Counted from the stretch's first letter, positions 44,484 through 54,546 are shown. The stretch is DNA of 64,000 nucleotides from a virus (IMGVR_UViG_3300038443_000660:2082-66081), one strand, 5' to 3'. The notes: generated by a model from the letters alone, not told the origin. Program-made: numbers and translations.

Positions 44484-44976
44484 CGATTATTAAAACTCTC
44501 TTAATCCCAAACCTTCCATTCTTAAATTTCATTTCACCGGGTTTGATAGGGTTGTTGTGGCCAGCCTTGCGGGCTTCCGTGACCGAACGAAATAGGCCAA
44601 TATCCACGGCGATATGAGCCGTTGTCGCTTTTGGGTCCAAGGTAGACATATGTATTGTGATCGGAAACGGTATAGGAACACCGTTTCGAACGGTTTCCCA
44701 AAACTTTCCAGAAAACCTTTCAAGATTCGAATTATTTTTTCGTTTCAGATTTTCGAACCATTCGATTTCTTCTGGCGTCTTTTCTGCGATGGTTCGGTCA
44801 GCAAAGGCTTCACGCATCTGTGCCGCCTTTTGCTTTCCGATTACATCACCATGTATCTTGATGAATTCGTCAAGTTCACGCCTTTTTGATTTACGAACCT
44901 CTATTGCTCTGTCAGCCAACTTGGTAGCATCATCGAGCAATGACACAAGTTTTTGGTGTTCTTCAAGCAAATTCAT
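44443..44976 (-). CDS. Hypothetical protein, C-terminus faintly S4-like
   Basis: IGLFRSVTEARK. Confidence 0.55.
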   Translation of the reverse strand: MNLLEEHQKLVSLLDDATKLADRAIEVRKSKRRELDEFIKIHGDVIGKQKAAQMREAFADRTIAEKTPEEIEWFENLKRKNNSNLERFSGKFWETVRNGVPIPFPITIHMSTLDPKATTAHIAVDIGLFRSVTEARKAGHNNPIKPGEMKFKNGRFGIKRVLIIDDRTKSIDTEVRD

Positions 44977-44994
44977 TTTTATGTTCCGATAATC

Positions 44995-45186
44995 TTAATT
45001 GAGTACCCTTCCGTATACAGGGAACGCCTTAAGATCATCGTAATATTCATTAATCATCTGATTAAACTTTGACGCCAAAATTGCATGATGCTGTGATAGA
45101 TTCAAGTCACCATCATTATGTGCGATGTTGCTCATCGTCGTGTGTTCATTTACCTTGCGTTCAAGTCTAATAATCATAGTTTCCAT
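44995..45186 (-). CDS. Hypothetical protein
   Basis: 63 aa. Confidence 0.5.
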   Translation of the reverse strand: METMIIRLERKVNEHTTMSNIAHNDGDLNLSQHHAILASKFNQMINEYYDDLKAFPVYGRVLN

Positions 45187-45269
45187 AATATAAAATCCTC
45201 TATCACTTCGGCAGAACTATCGCATAAATTATCCAAGTAAACATGCAAAAGAAGTAACTTGTCATGTTT

Positions 45270-45677
45270 TTATTTTTTGACTGATAGAATATCCTTTACC
45301 AATTCAGGATTTTCCTCTATCATTTTCAACAGCTTCTTCTGTTCTCGTGTTTGCTTTTGTGCAGCCCTTTTAGCAGCAGCTTCTTCTCGCCGCTTTCGGT
45401 CTTCGGCCTTACGCTGTTCCACCGCCTTAGCCGTGTCGGTTATCATTTTCTTGATACCTTCGATTCGAATCGAAGGTTTAACATCATCCTTGGATACAAG
45501 AACTAGTGTATCATTAGGATACCTTTCTCGATTCAGCATATAGAGATTAGATTTGATGAATTTAAATTCATCATCAGTGACAGTTTCCCAATCTGATACA
45601 CCTTCACCAAGACGAATTTCATAATCGTCATAAGTATTCAAACGGGTACTATGAATGACAAAGATTTTTATTTGCAT
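45270..45677 (-). CDS. Hypothetical protein with C-terminal coiled coil
   Basis: 135 aa. Confidence 0.6.
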   Translation of the reverse strand: MQIKIFVIHSTRLNTYDDYEIRLGEGVSDWETVTDDEFKFIKSNLYMLNRERYPNDTLVLVSKDDVKPSIRIEGIKKMITDTAKAVEQRKAEDRKRREEAAAKRAAQKQTREQKKLLKMIEENPELVKDILSVKK

Positions 45678-45678
45678 T

Positions 45679-45930
45679 TTATTCCGCTATTGCTAGTTCA
45701 ACAACTTCAAGATGCCCATAATAACCATCGTTTTCCGGCAGAGCGGGGCTAATAGATGAAATGATTAAATTATTGACAACAGATTCAACATCTTCTCTAC
45801 GCATCATTACCCAAACAGCAGATATGGTTTTGTTCAGATAATAACGGATACCGTAATCAGTATCTTCGTAACTATCACAACCAAGCAATCTACCTGAACG
45901 AGTGTCACGAATCGCATACAGGCTCACCAC
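45679..45930 (-). CDS. Hypothetical protein, paralog of next ORF
   Basis: LYAIRDTRSGRLLG...LEVVEL. Confidence 0.6.
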   Translation of the reverse strand: MVSLYAIRDTRSGRLLGCDSYEDTDYGIRYYLNKTISAVWVMMRREDVESVVNNLIISSISPALPENDGYYGHLEVVELAIAE

Positions 45931-46178
45931 GGCAATACTCCAATTTCTACAACTTCAAGTTCACCAACGAACCGATTCAACGGACTAGTGAACCATGCAT
46001 TGTACCATTCACCGGGGTCATTAGCTACCTTTTCGGCAATCTCTTTCTTCTGAACTACCCACACGTTGTCGATAGATTCCGTTAACGAAAATTCTACATC
46101 AGCACATTCACCACCGTATAGTGGTGCTGAATAGAAACCCATCAAATTTCCGGTTTTCTTGTGACGGAGAGCGTACAT
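45924..46178 (-). CDS. Hypothetical protein
   Basis: Start ATG 46178; MYALRHKKTGNLMG...LEVVEI. Confidence 0.6.
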   Translation of the reverse strand: MYALRHKKTGNLMGFYSAPLYGGECADVEFSLTESIDNVWVVQKKEIAEKVANDPGEWYNAWFTSPLNRFVGELEVVEIGVLPW

Positions 46179-46179
46179 A

Positions 46180-46380
46180 TCAGATATCCTGACCAGCATA
46201 GACCCAATTGGTGAAATCACGATAGACGATATTGCAGTCACCGAAACCACCATTCACGAAATCGGAAGCAACACAAGCGGTAACGGTCGGATTAACCAGA
46301 ACATCAGCCTTGGGTGCATCGTTATGGGCAGCGACAACAGCGAGGGCGGCAACAGCGGCAACAACCAGAAGCTTCTTCAT
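46180..46380 (-). CDS. Small secreted protein
   Basis: MKKLLVVAAVAALAVVAAH signal peptide; first gene after an early promoter at 46413-46441. Confidence 0.6.
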   Translation of the reverse strand: MKKLLVVAAVAALAVVAAHNDAPKADVLVNPTVTACVASDFVNGGFGDCNIVYRDFTNWVYAGQDI

Positions 46381-46456
46381 CGAATTACCCTTCCTTCTCA
46401 ATTCCTACAATCTTTATATAATAGAAAAATGTAGAAGTCAATGGGCAAACCAAATT

Positions 46457-47005
46457 TTAATGGTGAGAAACTTCAATAGGAATCTTGTCCGCTTTAGCCT
46501 TCAAATCCGTGTACGAGATTGGCACCGGACCAATCGAATCCACACCAACATCAAATGCTCTAGCGTTCAATCCCTTGTATTGCGGCTTACCATGAACATG
46601 ACCGAACGCCAGAATCGAACCGTGGTGAGCGGAATCCCATTGTCCAGCAATGATTGGATAATGACAAAGAACGACTTTCTGTGAACCAAACTTTTGGAGT
46701 TTGTATCCAGAAACCGAAGTCCATGGTAGACTCATGGTGGCCGTGTGATCATGATTACCAAGAATCAGGTGCTTTTCCTTACCATTGAATGCATGGAAAA
46801 TTTCCCGCATCTGTCTATCATTCAAGGAAAATGCAAAATCTCCCAAGAAATACCAGATATCATCCTTGGTCACGACAGAGTTATGAGCCTTAATCAAGGA
46901 TTCTGTCATTTCATCCAGTGATGCATATGGACGAGTAGCGGGACAGAACTTAATGATATTTTTGTGACCGTGGTGATGGTCAGACGAATAAAATGTTTCA
47001 GTCAT
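46457..47005 (-). CDS. Calcineurin-like metallophosphoesterase
   Basis: SDHHHGH...LGDFAF...LGNHD...CHYP...GHVH...FDVGVD. Confidence 0.9.
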   Translation of the reverse strand: MTETFYSSDHHHGHKNIIKFCPATRPYASLDEMTESLIKAHNSVVTKDDIWYFLGDFAFSLNDRQMREIFHAFNGKEKHLILGNHDHTATMSLPWTSVSGYKLQKFGSQKVVLCHYPIIAGQWDSAHHGSILAFGHVHGKPQYKGLNARAFDVGVDSIGPVPISYTDLKAKADKIPIEVSHH

Positions 47006-47522
47006 TTTCAAACTCAAATAATTTCTTCATAGAAGTGTAATCAACAATCAAATCGAAGTTTTCATCATAGGTTGGAACTCTAAATTGGTCAAGCATATTT
47101 TTCAGGATATGTTCCGGGATCGTCTTGCCGGGACGACTCTTCAATCTTCGTTCCCATTCTTCCTTATCTGGTGTTTTGAGAACAAATGCTATCTTCGCAT
47201 AGTCATTCGGGAACCGACGAAGCTTTTTGTCACGAATCTTTGCAGTCAAATTCGTTTGGTCCCAAATCACAGGAAGATTATTTTTGATAGCGTGATTAAT
47301 CACTCCGTCCATATAGACGTGAGCATCATCAACGACATTTGGAACGAGAAACGCTTCATTATAGGTGATATTGTGTTTTTCTGCATATGCTTCGATATAA
47401 TCGTCAGAAGATACGACAATGATATTCGGAATCTTTTCCTTGATAGCATTGATAATAGTCGTTTTTCCCGAAGCTGGAAGCCCAACCATCATCAATACAT
47501 ATTTTTTTGAATCTAAAAACAT
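46998..47522 (-). CDS. P-loop polynucleotide kinase-like protein (AAA_33)
   Basis: MVGLPASGKTT...SSDD...WDQTNL...R...R.GK.IP. Confidence 0.82.
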   Translation of the reverse strand: MFLDSKKYVLMMVGLPASGKTTIINAIKEKIPNIIVVSSDDYIEAYAEKHNITYNEAFLVPNVVDDAHVYMDGVINHAIKNNLPVIWDQTNLTAKIRDKKLRRFPNDYAKIAFVLKTPDKEEWERRLKSRPGKTIPEHILKNMLDQFRVPTYDENFDLIVDYTSMKKLFEFEND

Positions 47523-47566
47523 GATTTTTATCTACTCTCAATTTATATCGTTGTCAATACTGTTTA

Positions 47567-47878
47567 TTAATCATTATTTCCAACTAATTTCCATTCTTGC
47601 TCAATCCAAGCGATTCCTCTATTTGCTGTTCCAACCAGTTTGTCAGTTTTAGCAGACCTTAATATTTCGACAGCTTTTCCGAACATGACATGATAATTTT
47701 CATCAGCCGCAGCGATCAATTCTATTTGAACTTGTCTAGGTGTTTTGGACCAATAAGTAAGTTTGGAGTTTGGTCGGGAAAAATATTCGTCAATGACTGC
47801 AATCAACAGAAATACAGATTTAGGCTGTTGATATTGTTTGCTTTTTGGGTCCATTTTATATGTTTCGCTTTCCCTCAA
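47567..47878 (-). CDS. Hypothetical protein
   Basis: 103 aa. Confidence 0.5.
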   Translation of the reverse strand: MRESETYKMDPKSKQYQQPKSVFLLIAVIDEYFSRPNSKLTYWSKTPRQVQIELIAAADENYHVMFGKAVEILRSAKTDKLVGTANRGIAWIEQEWKLVGNND

Positions 47879-48956
47879 AAAATTCGATAGCTACACCGAA
47901 ACGAGGAATGCCATCAGGTGTTTTCTGGAAATATCGAATGGTTACATCAGAATGATTGCCGATATATTTTTTCTTTTCTTGCAATAATTTTCTGGTGAAT
48001 TCTTGTGTTCCTCGAATACCAGCCGATGCTATTCGGTCATCCGGCATTCTATAATTGACAGATTTTGCATATCCCGCCCAATTTCCTTCACCTTCAATAA
48101 TATCATCGATTTCGAATTCTTCGGTAATGAATTCTTTTCGCTTAATCAAAAACTTAGAACGTTTCTTGATTTCATAGACGCCATTATATCTAATGATTTG
48201 ACCTTCATAACCGTTTTCAAGCAACCAATTATACTCTCTATCCAATTCGATTTGATTTTGTACCATGACTGTTCTGACTAGTTTTAAAACATCCGAAGGG
48301 TAAATGTTATTCACCAACCAAATGTTTCTTTGGTCAAATTCAAGCTTAGTATCCACTATGTCATAGATATGATATTGAATTTTCAAAGATTGTTCGATAT
48401 CTTGTTGAGTAGGCTTGGTTTTGCGAACACAAGACGAAATTTCGTTGAAATTATCTCTATAATCGTGGTTGTACAACTCGCCGTCCAGAATTAAATCTGG
48501 ATACAACTGAAATAACGGTAACAAAGCAACTTCGACATGTGGAACAGAAACATATTGCTGACCTTTGCGAGTGAATAATCCATCTTTGGTTGCGATACAA
48601 CGATGCCCGTCTAGCTTAGGTTGTGAATATGCCGGAAACTTGATAGGTAAAACGTCTTCATACGTTTTCGCCAGCATTGGTTCAATATATTTCTTGGTTT
48701 GAATGTCATCTATACTCGTATGATATCCACCCCGATTCAGCTTCTTTTCATACAGAGCATTTGCTTCGGCAATCGCTTGCTGTTCAGGTGTCGTCTCATT
48801 GACTTTGCCAACATTTTTGGCTTTCATCAATTTCCAACCGGATTCAACCTTCTCGCCATCAAGTAGGCCGGAAACGTTTCTGATTTTATTGCCGTCAACT
48901 TCAACCCACCAGACACGAACACCACCGTTTGTGTCCAGTTTGTATAATTCATGCAT
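47856..48956 (-). CDS. lig: ATP-dependent DNA ligase (compact type)
   Basis: PMLAK...QPKLDGHRC...LDGELY...YDIV...EGQIIR...KRSKFLIK.K. Confidence 0.93.
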   Translation of the reverse strand: MHELYKLDTNGGVRVWWVEVDGNKIRNVSGLLDGEKVESGWKLMKAKNVGKVNETTPEQQAIAEANALYEKKLNRGGYHTSIDDIQTKKYIEPMLAKTYEDVLPIKFPAYSQPKLDGHRCIATKDGLFTRKGQQYVSVPHVEVALLPLFQLYPDLILDGELYNHDYRDNFNEISSCVRKTKPTQQDIEQSLKIQYHIYDIVDTKLEFDQRNIWLVNNIYPSDVLKLVRTVMVQNQIELDREYNWLLENGYEGQIIRYNGVYEIKKRSKFLIKRKEFITEEFEIDDIIEGEGNWAGYAKSVNYRMPDDRIASAGIRGTQEFTRKLLQEKKKYIGNHSDVTIRYFQKTPDGIPRFGVAIEFFEGKRNI

Positions 48957-48977
48957 TTTTAGAATGGTAATAGTCCT

Positions 48978-49325
48978 TTATATAATCAAGAATTGAGGAT
49001 AAAGCAATAGGATAATCAAGAAAATCTTGGTTCCAACATGCATTGCTTGGTCTATGTTATATGAAATTTTACCTTCACATTTGGAAACATCGATCAAAAA
49101 GTGAAAGACAAACTCGATTCCAGTGCATAAAAAGCTGCCGGTAATCAGGAATACAAATCCAGCATGAATACCGCAGTGAGCCGCCATTGCTTGATACCAA
49201 GGAACACCAGCAATCGGATTTGCTAGATTTTTGGCTCTAGCTAGAAAATCGCCTTGAAGTGGATAATCAGCAAGAAAATGGCCAAATGTTAGTAATATGA
49301 AAAGTGTCAAGTAGTATGTGATCAT
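48978..49325 (-). CDS. DUF3307 family membrane protein
   Basis: GHFLADYPLQ..F.A..K...H...HFLID..K...DQAMH. Confidence 0.78.
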   Translation of the reverse strand: MITYYLTLFILLTFGHFLADYPLQGDFLARAKNLANPIAGVPWYQAMAAHCGIHAGFVFLITGSFLCTGIEFVFHFLIDVSKCEGKISYNIDQAMHVGTKIFLIILLLYPQFLII

Positions 49326-49344
49326 TTTTTAATTTCCGTGATGT

Positions 49345-49662
49345 TCATTCGTCACAAGTGTGGTTTTGATAATATTCTGGTAGCCACCAACCAACAAAAC
49401 CACCATAGGTAATAAAACCGTATTTCTGATTTGTGTCATCGCTTTTACTGATACAATATCCCGACACTTTCCAGCCATCTTTGAGAAGCATCTGTAACTT
49501 CTTTTGACCAATGTCATAAATTACATTACATGCCTCACGTTCAATAAAAAGCGATTCACATAGTTCTTTCAACGCAACATCTTGGGCATCGATTTTCTTT
49601 TGCATAAGTTCGATTTTGACCGTCAACATGTCAATGATATTGGTTTCGATATTTTCACTCAT
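49345..49662 (-). CDS. Hypothetical protein
   Basis: 105 aa. Confidence 0.55.
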   Translation of the reverse strand: MSENIETNIIDMLTVKIELMQKKIDAQDVALKELCESLFIEREACNVIYDIGQKKLQMLLKDGWKVSGYCISKSDDTNQKYGFITYGGFVGWWLPEYYQNHTCDE

Positions 49663-49739
49663 AGAATTTCCTATTCACTAGTATCTTCACATTCTGTAGA
49701 CCAGAAAATGTTTCCGTCTTTGTTTCGCAGTTCCATATT

Positions 49740-50033
49740 CTATCCTTTATTTTTTAGCAGTTGTAACACCTTCTGATCCGGGTCCAATTCCAGTTCATAA
49801 GTATACGAATACTCAATCTTATCTGAATGATCATTGACGTGAGAATGTTTTGTGATTGTTATTCTCACTAATTTGTTATGAAATTTCTTTTGGAACTTGT
49901 CTGTCCCAATATAGAATAAATTCTTTTCTAGGCTATCAAATGGTATCAAACGCCAGTAAAATGTAATATCCGTAAGAACTTCTTGGATTTCAGCAGCAAA
50001 ATCTGCCGAAACCCATACATATACATTAGTCAA
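49740..50033 (-). CDS. Hypothetical protein
   Basis: 97 aa. Confidence 0.55.
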   Translation of the reverse strand: MTNVYVWVSADFAAEIQEVLTDITFYWRLIPFDSLEKNLFYIGTDKFQKKFHNKLVRITITKHSHVNDHSDKIEYSYTYELELDPDQKVLQLLKNKG

Positions 50034-50034
50034 A

Positions 50035-50928
50035 TTACTTTATTCCTCTATATTTAATCAACAGTTTTTCTAAATCATCCAGAACCATTTCGGTTGAAGC
50101 TTCCATCTTGATAGCATCTTGCAATGTGCCATAGTGGTGCTCTAGGCAGTTGAGTAACAACGCCTTGATTTTAGCTTCATCTGGTTTAAGTTGTAATGCA
50201 GATGACACATATAATTCTTCCAATGTCTTTTCTTTTTCAACAAAGAAATTTTCAACTTGTTCTAATGTCCACTCACCACGACGGATAGATTTCAACTGTT
50301 CACGATTCTTTTCCAAATCTAAATCATGTTCAACTAAAATTTGAATACATTCTGATATTAAACGAACTAAATGCATGGCGTATTTAGTCGAATATCCAAA
50401 TTCTTCAATATCTTTTGCTCTTTTTTCGTTAGCGTAATTTACTTTATTTCGAATTTTTGAATTTTGCATGTATGCATATCCCTTTAGGGTATGATACAAT
50501 TTTTTTGACAAAAATATCTTACGGTTTTCTCGAATCATTTCACCAATTTCAGTGGAATGAAGAATGCATCGTCTCGGAACAAACATGGAGTCGATAATGT
50601 TTGGAGAAGCATTCATCGCTAAATGAAAATATTTGATTATAGAATATACTGAAAAATCATATTCTTTACTGGAATCTGGATCGATACAATGATGTTCCTG
50701 CCAAACGCCGAAACGTTGTTTCTGATTCCCAAAGTCAGGTATTTCCCCCGCAAGATGCGGAAATGCTTCCATTTTGCGGGGGATGCAAACACCATACACA
50801 TCAATATCAGATTGGTTAGAAGCGCATCCATATGCTTCTGAACCCATCATACAAAGAAGTACGGTATTATTTATGAGCCATGTCGGTGGTGTAATAATAT
50901 TCTTTTTATGTAATTTTTCGAGTATCAA
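50035..50928 (-). CDS. Pol-beta superfamily nucleotidyltransferase (RlaP/YcgL-like)
   Basis: GSEAYG...SDIDVYGV...NASPNII...FLSK...KGYA...KYAMHLVRL...L.SIRRGE. Confidence 0.85.
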   Translation of the reverse strand: MILEKLHKKNIITPPTWLINNTVLLCMMGSEAYGCASNQSDIDVYGVCIPRKMEAFPHLAGEIPDFGNQKQRFGVWQEHHCIDPDSSKEYDFSVYSIIKYFHLAMNASPNIIDSMFVPRRCILHSTEIGEMIRENRKIFLSKKLYHTLKGYAYMQNSKIRNKVNYANEKRAKDIEEFGYSTKYAMHLVRLISECIQILVEHDLDLEKNREQLKSIRRGEWTLEQVENFFVEKEKTLEELYVSSALQLKPDEAKIKALLLNCLEHHYGTLQDAIKMEASTEMVLDDLEKLLIKYRGIK

Positions 50929-50985
50929 TTATTTTTCTCGCTAAATATATTGGTATGCAAAATTCAATTCAAGGTACAACGAATA

Positions 50986-51630
50986 ATGGCTATTATATAT
51001 AAGGCAAAAAATAAAGTCAACCAAAAAGTGTATATTGGATTTACAAAAAAATCATTAGCCCGAAGAATATGGGAACACAACAATGACGCCCTTCGAACTG
51101 ATAGAAATAACAATACAAAATTTTACAATGCTATAAGAAAATATGGTATTGATGCATTTAATTTTGAAATTTTACTTGAAAGTAATGATGCAAATTTTCT
51201 GTTAAACCATGAAGAAAATAGACTTATTAAGGAATATGATTCTATAAAACAAGGATACAATACGTGCTCTGGTGGTCAGGGAAAAATTGGGTGTATCCCA
51301 TGGAACAAAAATGGGCACCATTCAATAGAAACGAGAGAAAAAATTCGACTGAAAGCAATAGGAAGAAAACAAACGAAAGAGACTATAAGAAAGAGAGTAG
51401 AAAAAACTACAGGAATGAAACGCTCAAATGACACAAAAATCAAAATGGCGGGGTTGTGGGGTGTTCAGTTTCCAAATGGAGACAAAAAAGAAATCATTAA
51501 TTTATCTGATTTTTGTAAATGTAATGAATTGACATTAAGTTGTATGATTAATGTTGCCAATGGCAAAAGAAAACATCACAAAAATTTTGTTTGCTGGCGA
51601 ATAAAATTATCCGTTCAATCAAGATTGTAA
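50986..51630 (+). mobile_element. GIY-YIG homing endonuclease
   Basis: IIYKAKNKVNQKVYIGFT...R...H...NAIRKYG...F.F...E...I..YDS...GYN; CTAAATA at 50941-50947. Confidence 0.88.
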
Positions 51631-51635
51631 ATTAT

Positions 51636-51941
51636 TCAGTGGGCTTCAATCCAAGCGACCTTCTTTCCGTTCCAATTATCATCAAGCTTCCTATCCGCCC
51701 AATCGTATAGAGCATTCATGATGTAATTGAAATCGTCAAGTTCAGCATCTTCATCTGCCGCTAGACTTTCGAATTCTTCGATGATGTCTAGCTTTTCGTT
51801 ATCAATGTCCTCGATGTTGAATTCCCGAATAACCTTAAGCTTCTCGGCAACAGCCTTTGCGACTTCCGCCACACTCTTGGTTCCTTCATCATATCCGGCG
51901 AATTCTTGAACCAGATTAATCGTTCTCTGCCAATTTGCCAT
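51636..51941 (-). CDS. Hypothetical acidic protein
   Basis: 101 aa. Confidence 0.65.
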   Translation of the reverse strand: MANWQRTINLVQEFAGYDEGTKSVAEVAKAVAEKLKVIREFNIEDIDNEKLDIIEEFESLAADEDAELDDFNYIMNALYDWADRKLDDNWNGKKVAWIEAH

Positions 51942-51955
51942 TTTATTTTACTCCA

Positions 51956-52219
51956 TTATCCTGCTAACATTTCCATAGCTGTTTCCATCGAAAGCTGGTG
52001 CTCGTCATAGGTCACTCGTTCACCATCATACGGATGTTCAAACGAAATTGTATATCCATTTTTGCGCTGAAACCAGAGTGCGGCATATGCATCGGCAGCG
52101 ACTTGAAGCGCATTCTTTAACATCGGCTTCATATTGCCATATGCATATTCAGCATCGATATATAGCGTCTCTGCTACATTATCGGGAGACACGGCCAGAA
52201 CTGAAATTTTCTTATCCAC
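51956..52219 (-). CDS. Hypothetical protein
   Basis: 87 aa. Confidence 0.55.
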   Translation of the reverse strand: MDKKISVLAVSPDNVAETLYIDAEYAYGNMKPMLKNALQVAADAYAALWFQRKNGYTISFEHPYDGERVTYDEHQLSMETAMEMLAG

Positions 52220-52377
52220 GATTCGCTCCTATTGACCGGGAACCTGCCCAGAATTCATGAAATGCAGAAACACAATGACACAAAGACCGATGACAATAAA
52301 TCGGAATGTGGGTGACATGGACATGGCAATGACGAACAGCATCAACATGATACCGAACAGAAATAGTGCAGAAAACA

Positions 52378-52566
52378 TCAATGCACCCTTCCATGATAAT
52401 ACTCGAATTCGTCGGCCCCCCGCTCCAATGCCTCCATATTGGTCCAGTAGGCATCTTCTTCATCGGTCACGACCGGCGCTGTATCGAAAGCCAGAAGGTA
52501 ATCCTTCGCAAACGCAAGATATTCGTGATAATCAACCACTGCTGCATCGTGCGGGAAATGTGTCAT
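52378..52566 (-). CDS. Small acidic early protein
   Basis: Start ATG 52566, downstream of TTGACA at 52624-52619. Confidence 0.55.
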   Translation of the reverse strand: MTHFPHDAAVVDYHEYLAFAKDYLLAFDTAPVVTDEEDAYWTNMEALERGADEFEYYHGRVH

Positions 52567-52629
52567 AACCAAACCCCTTTCTTCTCTACATATACACATT
52601 ATAGAGAAGAAAGGAATTTGTCAATACTT

Positions 52630-53037
52630 TTATTTTGGACAAACCGTATAATCAAACATGTCCACTTCTGTTGGTGTGAAATTTGGATACTTTATCATTG
52701 CATATGAAATGACAGAATCCATTATCATTTCAATACCAACAACCATATGGTCGGATTCATCGAAATGCCCCTGATATCCTTGTTGCCCGGTCATGTATGG
52801 TTTGAATTTTTCTTTAATCAGGTCGAACATGGGAATATCCAATGTTTCCAGATATCGAAATGGGCCTGACCAATTATTGCCAAAACCATTGTTATGGAAA
52901 TCATGATAGATGCGTGAAATCGCCCGAATGGCTTCTAATTCCACATAACCGGTTTTGCCGTAGCGTGGAATCATGTCGAACAATTTATTGTACTGTTCTT
53001 GATAAATTCCATTATGGTTCCAGTAGCTAAGTTCCAT
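52630..53037 (-). CDS. Hypothetical phage protein
   Basis: SYWNHNG.YQ...IP..G...E.IRA...IYHDFHNNG.GNN. Confidence 0.65.
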   Translation of the reverse strand: MELSYWNHNGIYQEQYNKLFDMIPRYGKTGYVELEAIRAISRIYHDFHNNGFGNNWSGPFRYLETLDIPMFDLIKEKFKPYMTGQQGYQGHFDESDHMVVGIEMIMDSVISYAMIKYPNFTPTEVDMFDYTVCPK

Positions 53038-53198
53038 GATTTCGTCCTCTCACCAGCCGAATGAATATTGTTCAGTTTATCTCAATATCCGTGGCTGCAA
53101 AGCTTGGTCATCAGGTTATGGTGTTTTCCTTCGATTGAGTGCCAGAATCGGAACGAATGGAGGAAGTGACATACCAATAATAGCGAATATGTACGTCA

Positions 53199-53513
53199 TT
53201 ATTTTTCGGTCATAATCCTTTGGTAACGTTGGGTTTGCCTGTCATAACTCTTTTTGAGTTCTTCATAGTTGAACTTATATCTTTTCAACTCTCGTTCTAA
53301 ATCATTTATACGAGAAACCAAAACTTCGTTATCATCTTTTTCGGCGTTAGATGATACTCTGTATTCAGTTGCCAATTCCAAAAGATTTTTATTCTTGCGT
53401 GATAGTTCAGTCAAAATTTCGGCAAGGCGAAGCCACCATGAATATTCACCATCCTGTGATAACTCACGGCATTTATCGATATATCGTTGAATTTCAGTCA
53501 AATTTAAATTCAA
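53199..53513 (-). CDS. Coiled-coil hypothetical protein
   Basis: 104 aa. Confidence 0.55.
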   Translation of the reverse strand: MNLNLTEIQRYIDKCRELSQDGEYSWWLRLAEILTELSRKNKNLLELATEYRVSSNAEKDDNEVLVSRINDLERELKRYKFNYEELKKSYDRQTQRYQRIMTEK

Positions 53514-53844
53514 GAGATTTTCTTTCTTCTGCTGTCATCAATCTTACATCGATGATACGACATTTTAAAGTAGTTCCAAAATCTTTTTCAATTGTCATAC
53601 TGTCCATGTCACCAATGTAAAACTCACCAGCGTATTTAAATTCAAGAAAATCTTCCGGCCAGTTTACTCCATCTTTATCATCAAAATAAACCGTTTCATC
53701 AACTCTACGAGCGATTACGGCATATTCCGTTTTTGTCCACACCAATGGAGTTACGATGTAAAGGTCTAGACCATCATCATCGATATACAAATCGGCTAAT
53801 GGACCATCATACCAATAAAGGTTTTTGATATAGCGAAGTTTCAT
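53494..53844 (-). CDS. Hypothetical protein
   Basis: LYWYDGPL. Confidence 0.6.
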   Translation of the reverse strand: MKLRYIKNLYWYDGPLADLYIDDDGLDLYIVTPLVWTKTEYAVIARRVDETVYFDDKDGVNWPEDFLEFKYAGEFYIGDMDSMTIEKDFGTTLKCRIIDVRLMTAEERKSLEFKFD

Positions 53845-54272
53845 TATAGATATTCCAATTGTCTAATCAACCGGTCAATTTCACGATTATCTGTTGACGA
53901 ATTGATACGTTCAACCAAAACCTTGTTACCCGCAAGCGCTTTATCTTCTGTAAAATTCCAGATATAAACAGGATTCCAGTGAAGTAGGATATCAACATGC
54001 GGATCGAAATTTTTATTGAAGCATTCGATACCAGCGTTGATAACATCTTCTCGTTCGAAAAATCGAATTGTATTCTCACCAATAGGCCAATCAAATTTAT
54101 CCCAATCACGAGGATCAAGAAGTTTATTCATCATGTCATGATGCTTTTTCTCGATTTTATATGTCAGTTCGTATTTTTTGGAATAATCCGCAGAACGAAC
54201 AGAACCATAAAAATGTATGGCACCTATTGAGATACCACAATATGAAGTGATTTTAAGAATGGCATATGTCAT
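53844..54272 (-). CDS. Hypothetical protein
   Basis: 142 aa. Confidence 0.6.
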   Translation of the reverse strand: MTYAILKITSYCGISIGAIHFYGSVRSADYSKKYELTYKIEKKHHDMMNKLLDPRDWDKFDWPIGENTIRFFEREDVINAGIECFNKNFDPHVDILLHWNPVYIWNFTEDKALAGNKVLVERINSSTDNREIDRLIRQLEYL

Positions 54273-54526
54273 GTTAAATGTCCGACATAGGATACACGAT
54301 ATTCATCAAAATCTTCGATTGTTGCCAAGCGAACATCATCGATACCATAGCTGAAATACACGATACCATTTTTCGGATCGTGACCACCTTTCAGAACAGA
54401 GCCAGCCAAAACGTCGAGAACATTGGGCTGTTCTTTGTGGATAACACCCAATGTATTTTCATTCAGGACAACATAGGTTCTGTCAAGAGAATAATTATCA
54501 TACTGTGCCATTTTATCCGTTCCCAC
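54269..54526 (-). CDS. Hypothetical protein
   Basis: VLNENTLG...LAGSVLKGG. Confidence 0.6.
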   Translation of the reverse strand: MGTDKMAQYDNYSLDRTYVVLNENTLGVIHKEQPNVLDVLAGSVLKGGHDPKNGIVYFSYGIDDVRLATIEDFDEYRVSYVGHLT

Positions 54527-54546
54527 TCATGAAATGTAGAAGAATG

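Noticed and set aside
52212-52463. 83-aa ORF from the track
   Set aside because: A 49-aa two-TM ORF in another minus-strand frame fits the gap better; neither is well enough supported to list
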